Source: Narcine bancroftii
Taxonomy: Eukaryota
DNA length: 64,000 bases
Direction of reading: 5' to 3'
NCBI RefSeq assembly: GCF_036971445.1
Contig: NC_091481.1
Coordinates: 83,328,001 to 83,392,000, forward strand
Position numbers and translations under genes: made by a program. Below are positions 24,801 through 37,684 of this stretch, in pieces. Numbering within the stretch: the first letter of the stretch is position 1; each line of letters opens with the position of its first letter. The notes under the pieces were generated by a model. It did not search any database, was not told the DNA's origin, and saw nothing but the letters and a program-made list of their open reading frames with translations.

Positions 24801-25009
24801 AGATATCAGTTTTATCAGCAAATGTGCAAATACAGCAGATCAACAGCCATTTCAGGTTGGGGGGGGTGGGCCTCTGAGCAATGATTCCTACCCTCAACCC
24901 TTTAAAATACACCCATTTATTCTCATTTTCCCTTCATCAAGTTCAAAGCACTTCATGTTCGTAGATGCCAGTGTCACTGGATTTACCTGCAGGAACCATT
25001 CCAGGAGCT

Positions 25010-26390
25010 CCAGAATATTAAAGGGTAACAATACCAAGCTTCACTGTAGCCTCCGATTTCACCCCCCACCCCCGCCCACAAACACAGGGGTTAAAAGTCA
25101 GATTATACATGGACCTAGTACTGATCCCTGAGGCACCCCACTCCAATTTGACAAACAATTTTCCACCACCACCCATCACTCTCTGGCATCTCCCATCCAA
25201 CCACTGTTGAATCCAGTTCACTTCTTCACATTGAACCTTCCTAACTAACCTCTTATTGTCAAAGGCCTGACTAAAGCTCATATAGACAATACCCACAGCC
25301 TTCCCTTTGTAACCTCCTCGAAAAATTCCATTTGTTAAACATGATCTACCCCATGCAAACCCTCATCAGTCCCTGCCTATCCAAATAATTGTTTACCATC
25401 GTTAAGAACACTCTCCATTAATTTACCTACCACTGACACTAGTCTCAACCTACTTACTTTTAGAGCATTCTTTTAAACAGTGGAACAAGACCCACCCTCC
25501 AATCTTCCAACACCTCCCCCACGACGAATGACATTTTAACTATTTCTGTCAAAGCCCCCGCTATTTCTACACTAAGGTCCGAGGGAATATCTTGTCAGGA
25601 CGCAGAGATTTATCCACCTCTAGTTTCTAAAATAGCCAGTACTACTTCCTCATTAATCCATGAACTCACTACCAGATTTCCTTACTTCACCTGACTCAAT
25701 ATTACTTCCCCACCCCCCCCCCATCAATCTCTTCCGACTCCTCACAGAGTCTACCCCTCTAATCCTCAAGGGACCCCAATTTTATCCTTCACTAATACTT
25801 TTAATGTACCCGCAAAAACCCTTTGGATTGATTTTTTACCTTGTCTGCCAAAGCAGCCTCTTATCTCCTTCTAGCCTTTCTAATTTCTTTGTTGTGTGTA
25901 TGTGTTTTTTTTTTTAAACTCTTTTTATATTCCTCAAGAACCTCATCTGTTCTCTGCTGCTCGACCTAGTCTACACGTCCCTCTTCCCCAGAGCCAAATT
26001 CCCAATATCCCTTGAAAAAACAAGGTTTCCTAACCTTTCCTTTAATCCTCACAGGGACAGGCCAACACTGTACTCTCCCCTTTGAATATCCACCCAGAAC
26101 ATAAATTATCCCAATCCACACCTTCTCAATCTTTTTGCATCTCCTCAAAATTTGCCTTATTCCAATCAAGAATCTCAACCTGGGGCCCACCCCTATCCTT
26201 CTCCATTATTAATGGTAATCACAGTGTTAACCACAGTGGCAACCAAAGTGTTCCCAACACAAACCTTTGCCCTCCTTATCATTCCCCGTTAAGAGATCTA
26301 AACCGTCCATCTCTCTAGTCAGTTCTGTGTATTGATTGAGAAAACTTCCCTGAACACATTTGACAAACTCCAACCCATATCCCAACACCA
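25010..26390 (-). mobile_element. Degraded CR1 LINE fragment
   Basis: IVYMSFSQAFD (LDF.KAFD-like) and endonuclease-linker remnants. Confidence 0.7.
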
Positions 26391-26914
26391 TTGTGGGAAG
26401 ATACTCAAATCGTGAGCAGATATTAGAACAAGGGGGGAACTAACTGGGGCACAGTTCAGACCCCAGCAGGGAACCCAAGTCAGAAAGCAAAAATTAGCTT
26501 AAAAGGTAAAAGAACACATACCTGGTCACAGTTGCTTCTCAATGTTAGTGATGTTACAGATCAACAAGCAACACATTAAAGAGTCCTTACCCCAGTCTCT
26601 TCTGCTTGGCTAAGAGATTTCAATGAGAGGAGATGATTGCATCCAAGGGATGTGACAGCTGGGAATAATTAGATTCAATTCAAACTAATCTAATTAACTA
26701 AGTGGATGAAGAACACCTTGGTCTGTCGTATTGCTGTGGGACCGACTGTGGTTCTTTTCCAAAAATAAACTTTCTTCCTGTGAAATGGTTTACAAAAGGG
26801 GAAACCGTTCAAAGTCTTTTCACGCCACATTTCCATCACTGCGCCTTGTTACCTTTGTTCTCTATTTAGCATCTTTGCCACAACAGTTTTGTTGAAGGAC
26901 TTCCCCTCGGTCTC

Positions 26915-27200
26915 AGTCTGGGCACCTTCGGCTCTGCCGCAATAGTGAGGATCTCCCCGCGGCCACCCATTTCAATTCCCCGCCCCGTTCCCTTGCTGGT
27001 AGGTCTGTCCATGTTCTCGTGCACTGCCAGGCTGAGACCACCTGCCAAATGGAGGAACAACACCTCATCTTCTGGTCTAGTTCTGTATTTTTACCTCTGC
27101 TACATAAAAGCCACCGTTTGTTTGACCTGCTGGCCTTCCCTAGCCTTGTGCGTTTTTACTTCAAGCGCGGTGACTGCAGATTTTCGTGATTTACTTCTGG
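26915..27200 (+). mobile_element. Penelope-like element fragment (GIY-YIG endonuclease C-terminus and tail)
   Basis: Encodes ATHFNSP...LVHCQAETTCQMEEQHLIF, typical of the Penelope endonuclease end. Confidence 0.65.
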
Positions 27201-28049
27201 TTACGTGGTCGGTTCACGTGGTGGAGCTCGGGCCGCTGATGGTTTGGACTGGACTCTGTGGCTGCAGGATCGCTGGAGGAGAACCTGTGGACGCTCGCTG
27301 ACTGAGGGGACTGGTTTTTGCTTCTCTTTCTCTGTCTGTAAGAGGCACTTCAGGCAATTTCTGCACATGGTGAATCTGACTGTCTTATGGCAGACCAAAG
27401 CAAATTCCGAATAATATCGCACTGTCTTTATCACATGACAATAAATTGAATCTTGAATTTACAGATGAATAGGGTGTTATTTAATGCTTGTCACCTGGGA
27501 GGATACTGTTTTTTGGATTGGTTAAGTCAGATTCCAGCGAGATATACAAACCAAGGTAATTGTATGTTTGGGGAACTCCTGGATCCTCCAGAGGTTTGCT
27601 GGACTTCCCATAGGCCTGTGTAACTTAAAAAAAAATTTAGACATACAGCACTGTAACCGGCCACTTTGGCCCACGTGTCCGTGCCGCCCAATTTACATCC
27701 CATTAGCCTACACCCCCGGTACGTTTCCAACAGTGAGAGGAAACCAGAGCCCCCAGGGAAAGCCCACGCAGGCCTGGGGAGAACATACCAACTCCTCACA
27801 GGCAGTGCGGGATTCAAATCCCGCTCCTGATCGCTGGCGCTGTAAAGGCGCTGTGATAATCGCTAGGCCAACCGTGCCACTCTACAACGGATAAAGGGAA
27901 TTGGCTAAAAGAAAAATCTGAGTCCGTCATTCCTCAGGAGGGTAAACTGCTGAATGGGTCCTCACCCCAAAACTTGGATCAAAGATCAACACCGGCCCTC
28001 CACACCCATCAGGGAAAGGAAGGCGTGACACCAAAAGCGGACAGTCCTG

Positions 28050-28840
28050 TCGGAACGGAAAGGTGGCCGATGGAGTTTAATGTTGATTAGTGTGAAGGGC
28101 TTCAATTTGGAAAGAATAACCAAAACAGGACGTATGCAGTGAAGGGGAGGGCGTTGAGGATTGCAGAAGAGCAGAGAGATTTTGGAATAACAGTTCAGCA
28201 TTCTTTGAAGGTGGATTCCCATGTAGATAGGGTGGTGAAGAAGGCTTTTGGTACGCTGGCCTTTATAAACCATAGCATAGAATATAGGAGCTGATGTTGA
28301 GACTGTTCAAGGCTTTGGTGAAGCCAAGTTTGGAATATTGTGTGCAGTTCTGGTCTCTAAATTATAGGAAGGATATCAATAAGGTAGAGAGGGTGCAGAG
28401 AAGATTTACTAAAATGTTGCCTGGATTGCAGTATCTAGAACACAAAGAAAGATTGACTTTATTCATTGGAGCGTAGAAGGTTGAGGGGGGATTTGATAGA
28501 GGTATGTAAAATTAGGAGGGGAATAGACAGAGTAGATATGAATAGGCTCTTCCCCTTGAGGGTAGGTGAGATTGGAACGAGGGGTCATGAGTTAAGGGTG
28601 AGGGGGCAAAACCTTAGAAGTAACATGAGAGGAAGCTTCTTCACTCAGAGAGAGGTGGCTGAGTGGAATGACCTTCCGGAAGAGGTGGTTGCAGCAGGGT
28701 CAATTTTGTCATTTAAGAGGAGGTTGGATGAGTGCATGGACGTGAGGAGGTTGGAGGGTTACGGACAGGGAGCAGACTAGTGGAGTTCACTTAAATCGGT
28801 GCGGCCGAGAGGGCCTGTTTCCGCTCTGTGATTGTGACAT
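28050..28840 (+). mobile_element. CR1 LINE 3' fragment
   Basis: LEYCVQFWS, RRLRGDLIEV and TRGH motifs. Confidence 0.88.
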
Positions 28841-29009
28841 GGTAACCATCCTGATTAACCAACTTTGTGCGGAGTTGCTCAGTGAACAACCTACATCCAA
28901 CGAGTCTGTTCATTTGGCTGCGCCCAAAACCTATGATGGTCAAAGACTTTCACCAGTTGCAGTGGAAATCCACAAAGACTTTCCTTTTCTCGGAAGAGAT
29001 AGAAGCGCG

Positions 29010-29146
29010 ATGCATAATTAACCATTAAAATAGTTATTGGCATCAGCTGATTCAAGTTGCTCCTCTCAATTACTGAATAGAGCATAAAAACCAATGATAC
29101 CTCACTAATATTGTCCCTGGTGTCACTTTTGGGGTATAAGTATAAC
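29010..29146 (+). promoter_or_regulatory. Putative promoter of the orphan GPCR exon 1: POU4-type motif plus TATA-like element
   Basis: ATGCATAATTAA at 29010-29021 and TATAAGTATAA from 29135, 46 bp before the ATG. Confidence 0.4.
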
Positions 29147-29180
29147 AGGCTACGAACAACGCTCAAAACGTTGACTAGCA

Positions 29181-29250
29181 ATGCACGGATCACCAAAAAT
29201 CTTGGCGACTGCCATTTACTATTCAATCATTGCAGCTATCGGCATTCCTG
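29181..29250 (+). CDS. Diverged exon 1 of a GPR139-like receptor (MHGSPKILATAIYYSIIAAIGIP); no exon 2 visible
   Basis: Aligns with exon 1 of the four downstream genes (MH.PVQVAAKIWYT.IAIIGVP) and has the same phase-1 CCTG|GTAA donor. Confidence 0.8.
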
Positions 29251-29629
29251 GTAATGTATTTCCATTAGTTATTGACATTGCAAACTGTGTTCACTGGTTT
29301 AATTATTTTACTTGTGGATTTTTAACTCATTTGCTCTATCCCCAAACTCATTAACTAACATAAAGAACACGGCATCTTTGTGTCGACTAGTTATCTCCCC
29401 ACTGACTGTATTATCTTAATTGCAGATTTTATCCTTTTTGAAGTTTATTTCTTGATCGTGCACTTTATCACAAATTAGCGGTACAGTTTATTCTTTGCAA
29501 AATCTAACCTTCGATGCTTTTCATACCTAATTACTGTAAATCATCAATTGCGCTGATTTATCCACAGCAAGAAGTAATTACTATTTTCATGGCATTTGTG
29601 TGAACAATCTCTTCCAAAGATTTCATATT

Positions 29630-30828
29630 GCACTAGTGCAACCCGACGAAACCATGTTCTCCGGTCCTCGGTACAAAACACACAGACACACAACCAGACA
29701 TAACACACAATACATAGGCAGGGCAAGTATTCATATGTACAAATAAACATTGTTTTGTGAATACGAGAGTCTCGGAGGGTGAGTGAGAGCAGTTCCTTGG
29801 GTCGTTCAGCGTTCTCACTGCCCGTGGGAAGGAACTGTTCCTCAGCCTGGTGGTGCTGGCTCTGATCCTCCTGGATCTCTTGCCCGACGGGAGCAGCTGA
29901 ACGATGCTGTGTGCGGAGTGGAAGGGGTCCTCGATGATTTTGCATGACCTCTTCAGATAATGGTCCCGTTAGATCACTGATGGGTGGGGGGGGGGGGGTG
30001 AAAGGGAGACCTAATCTTCACTGAGGAGTTTTAAACAAGATGTGGAGGGTTTAGAAGTCAGCGTGTGAATCTCTGAAGTGGAGGAGCTGAAGATCGAATC
30101 GTTAAAGGAAACCTGAATGAACTTGAACTGGACGTTTTGTAATTCAATGTACTGGTTACAGAGAAGTGGTGAAAGTGAAAATTAATGCAATGTGAGAGAT
30201 TTGTCAGCGGAATTTAGCAACTGATGACTCAAGATGGATGGGATTTTCATTCAGGGAGCAAGGAAAGAAATGTACAATGTAATGGAGGCTGATTTTAGCA
30301 TTCTGACTCATGGAGAAATATGTGGAGTGTTTTAAATTACATGCAGAGTGGACGAACCAAAGAATCCAGAATCAGAATTTATTGTCATGAACATGTCACA
30401 AAATTTGTTTTGCAGCAGCGTCTCAGTTTAAATATTGTAATCAAATGCATTTCAAAAATAAATAAATAGTGCAAGAATAGGATAAAGTCTGTGGTTCACT
30501 GATCATTCAGGAATCTGATGGCGGATGGGAAGAAGCCACCCTTGTGCCGCTGGGTGTTCATCTTCAGGCTCCTGTACGTCCTTCCCGATGATAGCAGAGT
30601 GAAGAGGGCACGGCCTGGGTGATGGGGCTCTTTGAGGAGAGAGGCTGCTTTCTTGAGACACCGCCTCAATGTCGAGGTCCTTGATGGAGTGAAGTCTGAT
30701 GCCCGTGATGTTGCAGGCTGTCATAACTCTCTGTAGTCTTTTCCTGTCCTGTGCATTGGCACCTCCATACCAGGCAGAATCCTTTCCTCGCTACACCTGT
30801 CGAAATATTCGGGAGTCTTTGGTGACTT
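29630..30828 (-). mobile_element. Rex1/Babar-type LINE 3' fragments (29630-29990 and 30370-30828)
   Basis: Reverse complement of the tail seen at 2630-2980, plus HPAH/YRSI-type motifs. Confidence 0.75.
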
Positions 30829-30980
30829 NNNNNNNNNNNNNNNNNNNNNNNNNNNNNNNNNNNNNNNNNNNNNNNNNNNNNNNNNNNNNNNNNNNNNNNN
30901 NNNNNNNNNNNNNNNNNNNNNNNNNNNNNNNNNNNNNNNNNNNNNNNNNNNNNNNNNNNNNNNNNNNNNNNNNNNNNNNT
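30829..30980. other. Assembly gap (152 N)
   Basis: Run of N. Confidence 1.
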
Positions 30981-32289
30981 GTACTCGAGGGAGAAATGTT
31001 GAATGAGGGAAAACTAGAAGCTCTCTTGGCGTTTTCTGGAAGAGCAAACACGAACATTGTTGTTGGTGGTTGATGGTTGTATCTGCAGAGACCGCTATAG
31101 ATCTGTCGGTAACATGAGGAGAACAAAGGCAAATGTAATTTAGTTATGATAAAAAAGAATTGGACTCACAATGGGTGCTCAGAAGCGCTGGGGAACAAAG
31201 GCACTACGGCGTACATCAATGGTTCTCAACCTTTTTCCTTCCACTCACATCCCACTTTAAGTATTCCCTCCGTCATCGGGGCTCTGTGATCAGTTTTTAT
31301 CTCTCCTCACCTGCATTTACTCTATCGATTTTGTATACCTCTTTTTACTTGGTATACTTCTATCAAACCTCCCCTCATTCTTCTACACTCCAAGGAAAAA
31401 AGTTTAACCTTTCCCTGTAACTCAAATCCCGGCAACATCCTAGTAAATCTTCTCTCCCCTTTTTCTATCTTATTGATATATTTCCTGTCGTTCGGTGACC
31501 AAAACTGACCACAATCCTCCAAATTTTGCCTCACCGGTGTCTTATAAAACTTCACCATAACATCCCAACTCCTGTACTTAATACTTTGATTTATGAAGGC
31601 CAATACGCCATAAGCTCTCTTTACAACCCTGTCCACCTGTGACGCCACTTTCAGGGAATTATGAATCTGTATTCTTCGATCCCCCTGTCCTACCGCACTC
31701 CTCCGTCCCAGACCATTTACCATATATACCGTACTCAACTGTTCGTTTTGTGATCCTCCCTCCTTTGAGTTGATCGATTTGCATCAAATAGCACAAGGGG
31801 GTCGTCCTGACCCATTTCCAAATCCCATTTGATTCTCCCCACAATTCCTCTCAGATTCTACCTCCCACCGATGGTGGGGGGGGGAGGGGGGTGTTAATTT
31901 ACAGTGGCCAATCGATCTACTCCCTTGCACACCTTTGCAAATTGGGAGAAAGTGCAAACTCCACACAAACAGCACCAGGGGGTCAGGATCAAACCCTGGT
32001 TTCTGGAGCTGAGGTACCAGTTCCACAGATTGCGCCACCAATGCCATTTTCAATGAAAACTACCAGGCATTATTTAATGCCAGTTACACTGGACAACAAT
32101 ATTTTTCAAAAGGGTTTGCTTCCTGAAAATAAATTGGGGATTATGATAGACAACTTCAAGCTGAACACAAAGGTAATTTATGATTTACTCCATCAAATCG
32201 GAGAGACATTGAATTAACTTTTATTGAATTTAGCAGGTTTAATCGTATAATGACGCTGACACATTGCGTTAGTTCAACTGACCTAAAAA

Positions 32290-32536
32290 TACTTTGCCAC
32301 TGATTTTCGTTTGTACTCAGCAACTGATGCCTCTCATGTCAGTGTCCAACAATAGTCGGCCAGCACTGATGGATTCTGGTTACACTGATACCGCTTTTCC
32401 ACGGTCCCAATGTCCCGGTGAAACCTTTCATCGTGTTTGTCACCGACAGCACCAAGATCAGCAGGGAAGACGAATGCAGAAAATGAATTTTCAATGACAT
32501 GTTGCATGTGTTTGTTTGCTTGAAGCATGTTGTCAA
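32290..32536 (-). mobile_element. Chapaev3-like DNA transposase C-terminal relic
   Basis: CNMSLKIHFLHS followed by LGAVGDKHDERFHRDIGTVEKRYQ...LADYCWTL in an adjacent frame. Confidence 0.75.
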
Positions 32537-32537
32537 T

Positions 32538-35308
32538 CAGCTGGGACGAGTAAAGCGACAGGAAAGGGAGTGAAAGGTAAGAGGAGGAGCAGCAGGAGGC
32601 CCAACAGATGAGTCGCCCAGAAAAAGTGGACCAACAGCAAGCAGAAGCCCAGCAAAGTGAGACAAGCAACTCAACAGGAAAGTCAAAAGAGACACAGATA
32701 CAAGGAAGAGAAGAAGATGCAAACACAGGTACCGACACAGAAGAAGAAGACCAAGATCTGCACAGAGAAATAGAAGGTAAAACAGATGGACAGAATATAG
32801 ATAAAGTTTTTTTTCAAGAACAAATGAGAGCATTAAAAGAATGGTTGACATTAGAATTTAGTGAAATGAAAAGAACAGAAGAAAAAGTGAGTAGAATAGA
32901 CAGAAATAGGGAAAAGATTAGAAAATGTGGAAGAACGAGAAACGGCTGTAGAAATGGAAGTGAACAACTAAAGAAGAAAATTGGAAGAAAGTAATAAAAG
33001 AGTTAGAGACACAAGAGTTGTTAGCTCAGAAAATTGATATGTTGGAAAATGATAGTAGGCAAAACAACATAAAATAGTGGGCCTGAAGGAGGGTGAAGAA
33101 GATACAGATGTGAAGGAATTTAGAAAAGAATGGATCCCAAAGGTCCTGGGAATGACAGAAATGCAGGAAGGAATGGAAATAGAAAGGGCTCACGGAGCAT
33201 TAGCTCCGAAACCACAGACACAGCAAAAACCAAGATCCATTTTAGTAAAATTTTTGAGATATACGACAAGAGAAAATATACTGGAGCGGGCAAGGAATAA
33301 AATTAGAGAAGACAATAAACCATTGGAATACAAGGGTCAAAAAATATTATTTTACCCAGACTTAAGTTTTGAACTCTTAAAGAAGAGGAAGGAGTTTAAT
33401 ACAGCAAAATCGATCCTATAGAAAAAAGGTTATAAATTTATGTTAAGACATCCAGCGATGCTTAAAATATTTATCCCTGGGGAGCATAACAGACTGTTCT
33501 CAGATCCGGAGGAAGCACAGGAATTTGCAAAACACCTGCAGGACACAAGGAGAGATCTAACAAGAATGAAGAACGGCGATAAAATACATATAAAGATGTA
33601 AAAACAATGTATATGTAAGAATTAAAGAAGGGAAAGAGAAGGGAAGAAAGGAAGTAAGGGGGGATAAAAGAGGGTGAGCTTTGTTATATGTGTAAAAAAA
33701 AAGTCTTTTCTGTGGGGGGTTGGGTGGGAGAGAATAACCGTCACTGCGAAATCAGTTGATGCTTGTGAGCGGGTTCACAATCCAAATGGAGAGGGGAGTT
33801 CTGGTTGCCCGGCAAGGGATAAGAGGCAACTCAGAGAGAGGGGACATTTGGGGCTAAGGGAATATTGGATGTGGGAGTTGTTGAAGTATTTTATGTTTTA
33901 AATGTGTTGTCATACATTGAGTTTAAAAAGGGAAAACTGAGAGATGAAACCATATAACCATATAACATTTACAGTACGGAAACAGGCCATAATCGGCCCT
34001 TCTAGTCCGCACCGATTTAAGTGAAGATATGGAAGAAGATTCACTTAGAAAGGAAAAAACAAATGACCAACTACCAAAATTATTATTGACGAAAAATCAG
34101 CTAATCCCTTTTACAATGGATAACCTTTCCTTTAGAGAATGGGAGAGAAACGGAATTAAAAGAATAGAAAATTGTTTTTTGGGAAATAATTTATTATCAT
34201 TTGAACAAATGAAGTACAAATATGGTATAACTCACGGTACAATGTTTGCATACCACCAACTGAAAACCTACTTGAAGGACAAATTGGGAAGCAGGCTGAG
34301 GTTATCAGAAGGAAGCAGCTTTGAATATGTGATTACAGACACAATGATAATTAAAAGATTTATTACAAACATGTACATCAAACTGCAAGAGAAAGAGAAC
34401 GAGGAAACAAGCTGTAAACCCAAACAAAAGTGGGAACAAGATCTAAACAAAGATAAAAAAATGAAATATGGGAAAAGTTATGTTCTCGAACGATGAAGAA
34501 TATAATAAACACGAGGTTACGCATGATACAATATAATTGGTTACACAGGTTATACACCACGCCCCAAAAGTTAAATAAATGGGACCCAACAGTATCAGAG
34601 AGATGTTTTCGCTGTAAGAAGGAAACGGGAACAACAGTACATGCAATTTGGGCGTGTGAGAAAGTGGAAAAGTTTTGGGAAGATCTAAATCAGGTATTAA
34701 ATAAAATCACAAAAAGCGACATCCCAAAAAATCCAGAGATCTTTCTTCTAAGTAACATAAGAAGTAAAGAATTAGGCCTCAAACTGGATGAAGCACAAAA
34801 AAAGATTCATTATTGATAGCCTTAGCTGTAGCAAAAAAATGTATAATGTCAACTTGGAAATCAGAAGAGAGCCTGAGAGTACAGCAATGATACATGGAAA
34901 TGAATAAATGTATTCCATTGGAAAAAATAACATATAATTTAAAAAATAACATCACAGTATTCAAACAAATTTGGGAACCGTACATGGAACATAACAGAGA
35001 GGGCTTGCCTCGGACCCCCACCCCTAAAATGATAAGAAGACAAAATGACTTGATCCAGTGTGTAAAAGTAGATGACATGTTTTTCTTGTTTATTTTTTCA
35101 TTGTGTGATGACATTGTTTGATGGTTTTGTTGTGTTGTATATGTTGAATGTTTGTTGGTTTTGGAGGGGGGTGGGAAGTGGGGAGGGAGAGTGGGAGGAG
35201 AAAAAGGGGGAGAAAATGCCACTGTGTATATTTAAGAGGGAAATGTTTGTGTGCATTTTGGTTGATATGGTTCACTGTGAAAAATAAAAAATTATAATTA
35301 GAAAAAAG
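32538..35308 (+). mobile_element. L1-clade LINE: disrupted ORF1, most of ORF2 missing, ORF2 C-terminus and A-rich tail retained
   Basis: ORF1 motifs IERAH...KPRSILVKFLRY...FYPDLS. ORF2 Cys-rich C-terminus CFRCKKETGTTVHAIWAC. G-rich 3' UTR, AATAAA and A-tail. Confidence 0.9.
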
Positions 35309-35699
35309 AATGTAACTGATTATTTTATTAATTTTTAAAAAGTTTTATTTACATCATGGTGCAAGCTGATTACGGCCATTTAAACTCCTGCCAGTTACAC
35401 CCAAATTAACCTATGCAGACACGAGGAGAAGAGTCAAACTTCTTACAGACAGGACGGGATTTTAACCCCACTGTGCTGTAATAACATCGTGCGGATCACT
35501 AGGCTAACTGCGCCGGTTATTTAGAGACCAATTAAAGTAATTTCACCAAACCAATCAGGCCTATTTCAAGAAAACCCTGCCCAATGACCACCAGCACATA
35601 GCCTGCTGTACCAGACATCCCAGCACCCTTGGTCACGGAAAATCTAAGATAAGGAAAGCCTCTTGTTCTTTCCCCAGAGCACATTTTGGCAAGACGGTG

Positions 35700-36780
35700 C
35701 TCCTTCTACCTGCAAACAGACAGACAGAGCCAAAGAAAGGGAGGCTCCAGAGATCAAGAAGGAGGTGGTGGGAGGTTGAAGAACTGCCTCGAGTCAGTGG
35801 ACTGTTCAAGAACTCTACTGAGGATCTGAATGACTATATAGGGCCGTTACAGACTTTATCCACACAGCTGTAGAAGAGTGTGTCCCCGCCAAAGCGTTTG
35901 GGGTTTTCCCCAACCAGAATGCTTGGATGAACAATGAAATCCGGAACCTGCTGAGAGCCAGATGTAAATCTGGCCATCGAGAAAACTGCACAAGGTGTTG
36001 GCGTGACCCACGGAACATCATCTCCCGGGTGAAGTGAAGATTCCAGTTGAGAATGGAGACAACTAAGGATGCCCGCCATCTGTGGCAGGGCCTAAGTGAC
36101 ATAATCTGCTCCAAAACCAAATCTGGTGCAGCGGGAGACAGCATAACTTCACTCCCAATTGCCCGATTTGACAACCAGAACTAGGAAGAATAACTGCGCA
36201 CCCCCCCCCACCCCCCCCTCCCCCCCCCACCACCTTCAATTATGTTCCTCTCCTGTCAATATCTGAAGATGCCTTCAGAGGGGAGCATCCGGTCCAGACT
36301 GAGTATCCGACCGAGTACCGAAAACGCGCCAACCAACGGGCGACTGTATCCATGAGTATCTTCAACATTTCACTCCAAAAAGGCGTGGTACCCACCTGTT
36401 TCAAACAAGCTTCGATCGTCTCAGTGCCCAAGAAGAGAGCAGTCACCCGCCTAAATGACTATCGACCAGTGGCCCTCACATTAACAGTGATGAAGTGTTT
36501 TCAGAGACTGGTGTTGAAGCTCATCAGTTCCTGTCTGAGCGGCATCATGGATCCGTTCAAAGTCGCTGACCAGAGCAACAAGTCTACGGTAGATGCCATC
36601 TCACTGGCTCTATAGAAGCCTTTGGAATGCATAGACAGCAAAGATGCCTACTACAGGATGTTCTTTATTTACCACAGTTTGGCATTCAACACCATTATCC
36701 CCTCCAAACTGATCAGCGAACTCCAAGACCTGAGACTCAACACCCCACTGTGTAATTGCATCCTGGATTTCCTGAGATTT
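35700..36780 (+). mobile_element. Rex1/Babar-type LINE ORF fragment
   Basis: IFNISLQKGVVPTCFK...LNDYRPVALT and [10 protein letters not shown]. Confidence 0.85.
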
Positions 36781-36789
36781 TATCGGGGG

Positions 36790-37005
36790 AGGGGAACAAG
36801 GGGAAAGGAGAATGAGGAATAGGGGAGAGAGGGAGTGAAAGTGAGGAAATTAGAGAGGGATGAGTCAGGGAGTTAGAGAGAGAGAAAGTTTGGGAGAGAG
36901 AGCGAGAAAGTGTGAGAGAATGAGAATGAGAGAGAGTGAGTGAGTGAGTGAAAGAAAGAGAGAGAATTAGAGATAGTGAGATTGAGAAAGTTAATGGGAA
37001 TGAAA

Positions 37006-37062
<57 letters not shown>
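36790..37062. repeat. Compound (GA)n/(GT)n purine-rich simple repeat
   Basis: Direct inspection. Confidence 0.92.
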
Positions 37063-37063
<1 letters not shown>

Positions 37064-37504
37064 AAGCTTGTTCCATATATCCAGCACTCTGTAAGCAAAG
37101 GTTAAGGTGAGGAGGCAGGAGGATTAGACGGTGATCTGAGGTAAATTGTCTTCACCCAGATGGGGGCTGCAGTCTGGAATGTACTGACCGAGAAGGAGGG
37201 AGCAAGTGCTCTCACAACATTGACACAGTGTCCAGGCCAACAGTTGGATCGCCACGGCATAGAGGGCTGTGGATGAAGTGCTGGGAAATGGGATGGGTAT
37301 AGATGGGTGCATGATGGTCAACATGACTTCAGTGGGCGGAAGGGCCTGCTTTTGTGCTGTATGACTCCATGTTGAATTTTCAAATACTAGAAGCAGATAG
37401 TCTTATTCCAACCCTACATCTCCTATTCCAGGATTAACCATTTCTATTCTCCTCTGCCAGTTTACGTTTAATTGGCACTTTCTAATTTACACAAGAGGGA
37501 GATG

Positions 37505-37601
37505 ATTTGCATGTTGCAATCTGTTCTATTTTGAAATAAAGATAACTATTTGGAAAGTGTTGCAACCTCAAGAGGTCCCCAGAGAATCGCAGCGAATAAA
37601 T
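37505..37601 (+). promoter_or_regulatory. Putative promoter of GPCR copy 1: octamer plus AATAAAT at the TATA position
   Basis: ATTTGCAT at 37505-37512 and AATAAAT at 37595, 90 bp before the ATG. Confidence 0.5.
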
Positions 37602-37684
37602 GAAATGTTCGGGGTCGGCATCAGCTCAGAGCTCCATTCAGAGAGATTGGCTGCAGCACGAAGATACGTCTTCACACGAAGAAC

